A DNA stretch of 64,000 nt from the NCBI GenBank assembly GCA_964057225.1, contig OZ059899.1, positions 4,030,001 through 4,094,000 on the forward strand, given 5' to 3'. This document shows, in pieces, positions 53,101 through 64,000 of this stretch. Origin of the DNA: Auanema rhodensis. Taxonomy: Eukaryota; Animalia; Nematoda. Within the stretch, counting starts at the first letter, position 1; each line of letters starts with the position of its first letter. The notes under the pieces were generated by a model. The model saw only the letters and a list, made by a program, of their open reading frames with translations. It was not told the origin of the DNA and did not search any database. Both the position numbers and the translations under genes were made by a program.

Positions 53101-56100
53101 TTTTTGGAAGCAATGTTGAGTGTACATGGAAACTCAACATACACTAATGCATCATTTTTCAAACGATCATAACTAATTTTTGTATTAAGCGTTTCTCAAT
53201 GTAGTATAGTGCATTCGATGCGGATTTTTAAGCTGCGTCGATCTGTGTTATCAGATTTGCGCTAGCTTAAAAATGCACCGAGATATCAACTGATATAAGT
53301 TTACACTTATATCCTCGATTTTCACCCTGAAGAATTAATTTTTTCGTTGAATAACTTTGTCCATCGTCTTTGCCTTGTAAAAAGGAATCTAAAAACATCT
53401 ACTTTTCGCTAAATTATTTTGAAATTTTTCGAAAAAATTTTTGTCAAAATGTTTTTGGAAGCAATGTTGAGTGTACATGGAAACTCAACATACACTAATG
53501 CATCATTTTTCAAACGATCATAACTAATTTTTGTATTAAGCGTTTCTCAATGTAGTATAGTGCATTCGATGCGGATTTTTAAGCTGCGTCGATCTGTGTT
53601 ATCAGATTTGCGCTAGCTTAAAAATGCACCGAGATATCAACTGATATAAGTTCACACTTATATCCTCGATTTTCACCCTGAAGAATTAATTTTTTCGTTG
53701 AATAACATTGTCCATCGTCTTTGCCTTGAAAAAAGGAATCTAAAAACATCTACTTTTTGCTAAATTATTTTGAAATTTTTCGAAAAAATTTTTGTCAAAA
53801 TGTTTTTGGAAGCAATGTTGAGTGTACATGGAAACTCAACATACACTAATGCATCATTTTTCAAACGATCATAACTAATTTTTGTATTAAGCATTTCTCA
53901 ATGTAGTATAGTGCATTCGATGCGGATTTTTAAGCTGCGTCGATCTGTGTTATCAGATTTGCGCTAGCTTAAAAATGCACCAAGATATCAACTGATATAA
54001 GTTCACACTTATATCCTCGATTTTCACCCTGAAGAATTAATTTTTTCGTTGAATAACATTGTCCATCGTCTTTGCCTTGAAAAAAGGAATCTAAAAACAT
54101 CTACTTTTTGCTAAATTATTTTGAAATTTTTCGAAAAAATTTTTGTCAAAATGTTTTTGGAAGCAATGTTGAGTGTACATGGAAACTCAACATACACTAA
54201 TGCATCATTTTTCAAACGATCATAACTAATTTTTGTATTAAGCATTTCTCAATGTAGTATAGTGCATTCGATGCGGATTTTTAAGCTGCGTCGATCTGTG
54301 TTATCAGATTTGCGCTAGCTTAAAAATGCACCAAGATATCAACTGATATAAGTTCACACTTATATCCTCGATTTTCACCCTGAAGAATTAATTTTTTCGT
54401 TGAATAACATTGTCCATCGTCTTTGCCTTGAAAAAAGGAATCTAAAAACATCTACTTTTTGCTAAATTATTTTGAAATTTTTCGAAAAAATTTTTGTCAA
54501 AATGTTTTTGGAAGCAATGTTGAGTGTACATGGAAACTCAACATACACTAATGCATCATTTTTCAAACGATCATAACTAATTTTTGTATTAAGCGTTTCT
54601 CAATGTAGTATAGTGCATTCGATGCGGATTTTTAAGCTGCGTCGATCTGTGTTATCAGATTTGCGCTAGCTTAAAAATGCACCAAGATATCAACTGATAT
54701 AAGTTCACACTTATATCCTCGATTTTCACCCTGAAGAATTAATTTTTTCGTTGAATAACATTGTCCATCGTCTTTGCCTTGAAAAAAGGAATCTAAAAAC
54801 ATCTACTTTTTGCTAAATTATTTTGAAATTTTTCGAAAAAATTTTTGTCAAAATGTTTTTGGAAGCAATGTTGAGTGTACATGGAAACTCAACATACACT
54901 AATGCATCATTTTTCAAACGATCATAACTAATTTTTGTATTAAGCGTTTCTCAATGTAGTATAGTGCATTCGATGCGGATTTTTAAGCTGCGTCGATCTG
55001 TGTTATCAGATTTGCGCTAGCTTAAAAATGCACCGAGATATCAACTGATATAAGTTCACACTTATATCCTCGATTTTCACCCTGAAGAATTAATTTTTTC
55101 GTTGAATAACATTGTCCATCGTCTTTGCCTTGAAAAAAGGAATCTAAAAACATCTACTTTTTGCTAAATTATTTTGAAATTTTTCGAAAAAATTTTTGTC
55201 AAAATGTTTTTGGAAGCAATGTTGAGTGTACATGGAAACTCAACATACACTAATGCATCATTTTTCAAACGATCATAACTAATTTTTGTATTAAGCGTTT
55301 CTCAATGTAGTATAGTGCATTCGATGCGGATTTTTAAGCTGCGTCGATCTGTGTTATCAGATTTGCGCTAGCTTAAAAATGCACCAAGATATCAACTGAT
55401 ATAAGTTCACACTTATATCCTCGATTTTCACCCTGAAGAATTAATTTTTTCGTTGAATAACATTGTCCATCGTCTTTGCCTTGAGAAAAGGAATCTAAAA
55501 ACATCTACTTTTTGCTAAATTATTCTGAAATTTTTCGAAAAAATTTTTGTCAAAATGTTTTTGGAAGCAATGTTGAGTGTACATGGAAACTCAACATACA
55601 CTAATGCATCATTTTTCAAACGATCATAACTAATTTTTGTATTAAGCATTTCTCAATGTAGTATAGTGCATTCGATGCGGATTTTTAAGCTGCGTCGATC
55701 TGTGTTATCAGATTTGCGCTAGCTTAAAAATGCACCAAGATATCAACTGATATAAGTTCACACTTATATCCTCGATTTTCACCCTGAAGAATTAATTTTT
55801 TCGTTGAATAACATTGTCCATCGTCTTTGCCTTGAAAAAAGGAATCTAAAAACATCTACTTTTTGCTAAATTATTTTGAAATTTTTCGAAAAAATTTTTG
55901 TCAAAATGTTTTTGGAAGCAATGTTGAGTGTACATGGAAACTCAACATACACTAATGCATCATTTTTCAAACGATCATAACTAATTTTTGTATTAAGCGT
56001 TTCTCAATGTAGTATAGTGCATTCGATGCGGATTTTTCAGCTGCCTCGATCTGTGTTATCAGATTTGCGCTAGCTTAAAAATGCACCAAGATATCAACTG

Positions 56101-59100
56101 ATATAAGTTCACACTTATATCCTCGATTTTCACCCTGAAGAATTAATTTTTTCGTTGAATAACATTGTCCATCGTCTTTGCCTTGAAAAAAGGAATCTAA
56201 AAACATCTACTTTTTGCTAAATTATTTTGAAATTTTCCGAAAAAATTTTTGTCAAAATGTTTTTGGAAGCAATGTTGAGTGTACATGGAAACTCAACATA
56301 CACTAATGCATCATTTTTCAAACGATCATAACTAATTTTTGTATTAAGCGTTTCTCAATGTAGTATAGTGCATTCGATGCGGATTTTTAAGCTGCGTCGA
56401 TCTGTGTTATCAGATTTGCGCTAGCTTAAAAATGCACCGAGATATCAACTGATATAAGTTCACACTTATATCCTCGATTTTCACCCTGAAGAATTAATTT
56501 TTTCGTTGAATAACATTGTCCATCGTCTTTGCCTTGAAAAAAGGAATCTAAAAACATCTACTTTTTGCTAAATTATTTTGAAATTTTTCGAAAAAATTTT
56601 TGTCAAAATGTTTTTGGAAGCAATGTTGAGTGTACATGGAAACTCAACATACACTAATGCATCATTTTTCAAACGATCATAACTAATTTTTGTATTAAGC
56701 GTTTCTCAATGTAGTATAGTGCATTCGATGCGGATTTTTAAGCTGCGTCGATCTGTGTTATCAGATTTGCGCTAGCTTAAAAATGCACCAAGATATCAAC
56801 TGATATAAGTTCACACTTATATCCTCGATTTTCACCCTGAAGAATTAATTTTTTCGTTGAATAACATTGTCCATCGTCTTAGCCTTGAAAAAAGAAATCT
56901 AAAAACATCTACTTTTTGCTAAATTATTTTGAAATTTTTCGAAAAAATTTTTGTCAAAATGTTTTTGGAAGCAATGTTGAGTGTACATGGAAACTCAACA
57001 TACACTAATGCATCATTTTTCAAACGATCATAACTAATTTTTGTATTAAGCGTTTCTCAATGTAGTATAGTGCATTCGATGCGGATTTTTAAGCTGCGTC
57101 GATCTGTGTTATCAGATTTGCGCTAGCTTAAAAATGCACCGAGATATCAACTGATATAAGTTCACACTTATATCCTCGATTTTCACCCTGAAGAATTAAT
57201 TTTTTCGTTGAATAACATTGTCCATCGTCTTTGCCTTGAAAAAAGGAATCTAAAAACATCTACTTTTTGCTAAATTATTTTGAAATTTTTCGAAAAAATT
57301 TTTGTCAAAATGTTTTTGGAAGCAATGTTGAGTGTACATGGAAACTCAACATACACTAATGCATCATTTTTCAAACGATCATAACTAATTTTTGTATTAA
57401 GCGTTTCTCAATGTAGTATAGTGCATTCGATGCGGATTTTTAAGCTGCGTCGATCTGTGTTATCAGATTTGCGCTAGCTTAAAAATGCACCAAGATATCA
57501 ACTGATATAAGTTCACACTTATATCCTCGATTTTCACCCTGAAGAATTAATTTTTTCGTTGAATAACATTGTCCATCGTCTTAGCCTTGAAAAAAGGAAT
57601 CTAAAAACATCTACTTTTTGCTAAATTATTTTGAAATTTTTCGAAAAAATTTTTGTCAAAATGTTTTTGGAAGCAATGTTGAGTGTACATGGAAACTCAA
57701 CATACACTAATGCATCATTTTTCAAACGATCATAACTAATTTTTGTATTAAGCGTTTCTCAATGTGGTATAGTGCATTCGATGCGGATTTTTAAGCTGCG
57801 TCGATCTGTGTTATCAGATTTGCGCTAGCTTAAAAATGCACCGAGATATCAACTGATATAAGTTTACACTTATATCCTCGATTTTCACCCTGAAGAATTA
57901 ATTTTTTCGTTGAATAACTTTGTCCATCGTCTTTGCCTTGAAAAAAGGAATCTAAAAACATCTACTTTTCGCTAAATTATTTTGAAATTTTTCGAAAAAA
58001 TTTTTGTCAAAATGTTTTTGGAAGCAATGTTGAGTGTACATGGAAACTCAACATACACTAATGCATCATTTTTCAAACGATCATAACTAATTTTTGTATT
58101 AAGCGTTTCTCAATGTAGTATAGTGCATTCGATGCGGATTTTTAAGCTGCGTCGATCTGTGTTATCAGATTTGCGCTAGCTTAAAAATGCACCGAGATAT
58201 CAACTGATATAAGTTTACACTTATATCCTCGATTTTCACCCTGAAGAATTAATTTTTTCGTTGAATAACTTTGTCCATCGTCTTTGCCTTGTAAAAAGGA
58301 ATCTAAAAACATCTACTTTTCGCTAAATTATTTTGAAATTTTTCGAAAAAATTTTTGTCAAAATGTTTTTGGAAGCAATGTTGAGTGTACATGGAAACTC
58401 AACATACACTAATGCATCATTTTTCAAACGATCATAACTAATTTTTGTATTAAGCGTTTCTCAATGTAGTATAGTGCATTCGATGCGGATTTTTAAGCTG
58501 CGTCGATCTGTGTTATCAGATTTGCGCTAGCTTAAAAATGCACCAAGATATCAACTGATATAAGTTCACACTTATATCCTCGATTTTCACCCTGAAGAAT
58601 TAATTTTTTCGTTGAATAACATTGTCCATCGTCTTTGCCTTGAAAAAAGGAATCTAAAAACATCTACTTTTTGCTAAATTATTTTGAAATTTTTCGAAAA
58701 AATTTTTGTCAAAATGTTTTTGGAAGCAATGTTGAGTGTACATGGAAACTCAACATACACTAATGCATCATTTTTCAAACGATCATAACTAATTTTTGTA
58801 TTAAGCGTTTCTCAATGTAGTATAGTGCATTCGATGCGGATTTTTAAGCTGCGTCGATCTGTGTTATCAGATTTGCGCTAGCTTAAAAATGCACCGAGAT
58901 ATCAACTGATATAAGTTCACACTTATATCCTCGATTTTCACCCTGAAGAATTAATTTTTTCGTTGAATAACATTGTCCATCGTCTTTGCCTTGAAAAAAG
59001 GAATCTAAAAACATCTACTTTTTGCTAAATTATTTTGAAATTTTTCGAAAAAATTTTTGTCAAAATGTTTTTGGAAGCAATGTTGAGTGTACATGGAAAC

Positions 59101-62100
59101 TCAACATACACTAATGCATCATTTTTCAAACGATCATAACTAATTTTTGTATTAAGCGTTTCTCAATGTAGTATAGTGCATTCGATGCGGATTTTTAAGC
59201 TGCGTCGATCTGTGTTATCAGATTTGCGCTAGCTTAAAAATGCACCAAGATATCAACTGATATAAGTTCACACTTATATCCTCGATTTTCACCCTGAAGA
59301 ATTAATTTTTTCGTTGAATAACATTGTCCATCGTCTTTGCCTTGAAAAAAGGAATCTAAAAACATCTACTTTTTGCTAAATTATTTTGAAATTTTTCGAA
59401 AAAATTTTTGTCAAAATGTTTTTGGAAGCAATGTTGAGTGTACATGGAAACTCAACATACACTAATGCATCATTTTTCAAACGATCATAACTAATTTTTG
59501 TATTAAGCATTTCTCAATGTAGTATAGTGCATTCGATGCGGATTTTTAAGCTGCGTCGATCTGTGTTATCAGATTTGCGCTAGCTTAAAAATGCACCAAG
59601 ATATCAACTGATATAAGTTCACACTTATATCCTCGATTTTCACCCTGAAGAATTAATTTTTTCGTTGAATAACATTGTCCATCGTCTTTGCCTTGAAAAA
59701 AGGAATCTAAAAACATCTACTTTTTGCTAAATTATTTTGAAATTTTTCGAAAAAATTTTTGTCAAAATGTTTTTGGAAGCAATGTTGAGTGTACATGGAA
59801 ACTCAACATACACTAATGCATCATTTTTCAAACGATCATAACTAATTTTTGTATTAAGCGTTTCTCAATGTAGTATAGTGCATTCGATGCGGATTTTTCA
59901 GCTGCGTCGATCTGTGTTATCAGATTTGCGCTAGCTTAAAAATGCACCAAGATATCAACTGATATAAGTTCACACTTATATCCTCGATTTTCACCCTGAA
60001 GAATTAATTTTTTCGTTGAATAACATTGTCCATCGTCTTTGCCTTGAAAAAAGGAATCTAAAAACATCTACTTTTTGCTAAATTATTTTGAAATTTTTCG
60101 AAAAAATTTTTGTCAAAATGTTTTTGGAAGCAATGTTGAGTGTACATGGAAACTCAACATACACTAATGCATCATTTTTCAAACGATCATAACTAATTTT
60201 TGTATTAAGCGTTTCTCAATGTAGTATAGTGCATTCGATGCGGATTTTTAAGCTGCGTCGATCTGTGTTATCAGATTTGCGCTAGCTTAAAAATGCACCG
60301 AGATATCAACTGATATAAGTTCACACTTATATCCTCGATTTTCACCCTGAAGAATTAATTTTTTCGTTGAATAACATTGTCCATCGTCTTTGCCTTGAAA
60401 AAAGGAATCTAAAAACATCTACTTTTTGCTAAATTATTTTGAAATTTTTCGAAAAAATTTTTGTCAAAATGTTTTTGGAAGCAATGTTGAGTGTACATGG
60501 AAACTCAACATACACTAATGCATCATTTTTCAAACGATCATAACTAATTTTTGTATTAAGCGTTTCTCAATGTAGTATAGTGCATTCGATGCGGATTTTT
60601 AAGCTGCGTCGATCTGTGTTATCAGATTTGCGCTAGCTTAAAAATGCACCAAGATATCAACTGATATAAGTTCACACTTATATCCTCGATTTTCACCCTG
60701 AAGAATTAATTTTTTCGTTGAATAACATTGTCCATCGTCTTTGCCTTGAAAAAAGGAATCTAAAAACATCTACTTTTTGCTAAATTATTTTGAAATTTTT
60801 CGAAAAAATTTTTGTCAAAATGTTTTTGGAAGCAATGTTGAGTGTACATGGAAACTCAACATACACTAATGCATCATTTTTCAAACGATCATAACTAATT
60901 TTTGTATTAAGCGTTTCTCAATGTAGTATAGTGCATTCGATGCGAATTTTTAAGCTGCGTCGTTCTGTGTTATCAGATTTGCGCTAGCTTAAAAATGCAC
61001 CGAGATATCAACTGATATAAGTTCACACTTATATCCTCGATTTTCACCCTGAAGAATTAATTTTTTCGTTGAATAACATTGTCCATCGTCTTTGCCTTGA
61101 AAAATGGAATCTAAAAACATCTACTTTTTGCTAAATTATTTCGAAATTTTTCGAAAAAATTTTTGTCAAAATGTTTTTGGAAGCAATGTTGAGTGTACAT
61201 GGAAACTCAACATACACTAATGCATCATTTTTCAAACGATCATAACTAATTTTTGTATTAAGCGTTTCTCAATGTAGTATAGTGCATTCGATGCGAATTT
61301 TTAAGCTGCGTCGTTCTGTGTTATCAGATTTGCGCTAGCTTAAAAATGCACCGAGATATCAACTGATATAAGTTTACACTTATATCCTCGATTTTCACCC
61401 TGAAGAATTAATTTTTTCGTTGAATAACTTTGTCCATCGTCTTTGCCTTGAAAAAAGGAATCTAAAAACATCTACTTTTCGCTAAATTATTTTGAAATTT
61501 TTCGAAAAAATTTTTGTCAAAATGTTTTTGGAAGCAATGTTGAGTGTACATGGAAACTCAACATACACTAATGCATCATTTTTCAAACGATCATAACTAA
61601 TTTTTGTATTAAGCGTTTCTCAATGTAGTATAGTGCATTCGATGCGAATTTTTAAGCTGCGTCGTTCTGTGTTATCAGATTTGCGCTAGCTTAAAAATGC
61701 ACCGAGATATCAACTGATATAAGTTCACACTTATATCCTCGATTTTCACCCTGAAGAATTAATTTTTTCGTTGAATAACATTGTCCATCGTCTTTGCCTT
61801 GAAAAAAGGAATCTAAAAACATCTACTTTTTGCTAAATTATTTTGAAATTTTTCGAAAAAATTTTTGTCAAAATGTTTTTGGAAGCAATGTTGAGTGTAC
61901 ATGGAAACTCAACATACACTAATGCATCATTTTTCAAACGATCATAACTAATTTTTGTATTAAGCGTTTCTCAATGTAGTATAGTGCATTCGATGCGGAT
62001 TTTTAAGCTGCGTCGATCTGTGTTATCAGATTTGCGCTAGCTTAAAAATGCACCGAGATATCAACTGATATAAGTTCACACTTATATCCTCGATTTTCAC

Positions 62101-64000
62101 CCTGAAGAATTAATTTTTTCGTTGAATAACATTGTCCATCGTCTTTGCCTTGAAAAAAGGAATCTAAAAACATCTACTTTTTGCTAAATTATTTTGAAAT
62201 TTTTCGAAAAAATTTTTGTCAAAATGTTTTTGGAAGCAATGTTGAGTGTACATGGAAACTCAACATACACTAATGCATCATTTTTCAAACGATCATAACT
62301 AATTTTTGTATTAAGCGTTTCTCAATGTAGTATAGTGCATTCGATGCGGATTTTTAAGCTGCGTCGATCTGTGTTATCAGATTTGCGCTAGCTTAAAAAT
62401 GCACCGAGATATCAACTGATATAAGTTCACACTTATATCCTCGATTTTCACCCTGAAGAATTAATTTTTTCGTTGAATAACATTGTCCATCGTCTTTGCC
62501 TTGAAAAAAGGAATCTAAAAACATCTACTTTTTGCTAAATTATTTTGAAATTTTTCGAAAAAATTTTTGTCAAAATGTTTTTGGAAGCAATGTTGAGTGT
62601 ACATGGAAACTCAACATACACTAATGCATCATTTTTCAAACGATCATAACTAATTTTTGTATTAAGCGTTTCTCAATGTAGTATAGTGCATTCGATGCGG
62701 ATTTTTAAGCTGCGTCGATCTGTGTTATCAGATTTGCGCTAGCTTAAAAATGCACCGAGATATCAACTGATATAAGTTCACACTTATATCCTCGATTTTC
62801 ACCCTGAAGAATTAATTTTTTCGTTGAATAACATTGTCCATCGTCTTTGCCTTGAAAAAAGGAATCTAAAAACATCTACTTTTTGCTAAATTATTTTGAA
62901 ATTTTTCGAAAAAATTTTTGTCAAAATGTTTTTGGAAGCAATGTTGAGTGTACATGGAAACTCAACATACACTAATGCATCATTTTTCAAACGATCATAA
63001 CTAATTTTTGTATTAAGCGTTTCTCAATGTAGTATAGTGCATTCGATGCGGATTTTTAAGCTGCGTCGATCTGTGTTATCAGATTTGCGCTAGCTTAAAA
63101 ATGCACCAAGATATCAACTGATATAAGTTCACACTTATATCCTCGATTTTCACCCTGAAGAATTAATTTTTTCGTTGAATAACATTGTCCATCGTCTTTG
63201 CCTTGAAAAAAGGAATCTAAAAACATCTACTTTTTGCTAAATTATTTTGAAATTTTTCGAAAAAATTTTTGTCAAAATGTTTTTGGAAGCAATGTTGAGT
63301 GTACATGGAAACTCAACATACACTAATGCATCATTTTTCAAACGATCATAACTAATTTTTGTATTAAGCGTTTCTCAATGTAGTATAGTGCATTCGATGC
63401 GAATTTTTAAGCTGCGTCGTTCTGTGTTATCAGATTTGCGCTAGCTTAAAAATGCACCGAGATATCAACTGATATAAGTTCACACTTATATCCTCGATTT
63501 TCACCCTGAAGAATTAATTTTTTCGTTGAATAACATTGTCCATCGTCTTTGCCTTGAAAAATGGAATCTAAAAACATCTACTTTTTGCTAAATTATTTCG
63601 AAATTTTTCGAAAAAATTTTTGTCAAAATGTTTTTGGAAGCAATGTTGAGTGTACATGGAAACTCAACATACACTAATGCATCATTTTTCAAACGATCAT
63701 AACTAATTTTTGTATTAAGCGTTTCTCAATGTAGTATAGTGCATTCGATGCGAATTTTTAAGCTGCGTCGTTCTGTGTTATCAGATTTGCGCTAGCTTAA
63801 AAATGCACCGAGATATCAACTGATATAAGTTTACACTTATATCCTCGATTTTCACCCTGAAGAATTAATTTTTTCGTTGAATAACTTTGTCCATCGTCTT
63901 TGCCTTGAAAAAAGGAATCTAAAAACATCTACTTTTCGCTAAATTATTTTGAAATTTTTCGAAAAAATTTTTGTCAAAATGTTTTTGGAAGCAATGTTGA
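11174..64000. repeat. 351-bp tandem satellite array, right arm (about 150.5 monomers)
   Basis: The same monomer resumes in register after the insertion. Monomer starts at 11215 and 63867 are 52,652 bp apart (150 x 351 + 2), matching two single-T insertions near 39301 and 44218. The array runs off the right edge. Confidence 0.99.

Overview
This window is eukaryotic, probably nematode, satellite DNA. It is an AT-rich, head-to-tail array of a 351-bp monomer (about 167 copies, nearly free of indels) that fills the window except for one insertion. The insertion is a 5,243-bp Ty3/Gypsy-type LTR retroelement on the minus strand (5931-11173). It has two apparently identical 480-bp LTRs, a 4-bp TAAG target-site duplication, a tRNA-Pro primer-binding site, a polypurine tract and one intact 1252-aa ORF. 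The ORF encodes Gag (CCHC knuckle) and protease. It then passes in frame from a decayed RT N-terminus directly into the integrase C-terminal GPY/F region, so the RT core, RNase H and integrase core are missing, and it ends in an unassigned tail of about 380 aa. The element therefore looks like a recently mobilised non-autonomous family. Its leader and LTR carry six hairpins with the same C-GUAUA-G loop on different, fully pairing stems, a candidate packaging or protein-binding signal. A nematode-type splice acceptor lies between these hairpins and the ATG. The satellite monomer is rich in inverted repeats and shows higher-order duplications and regional variant domains.
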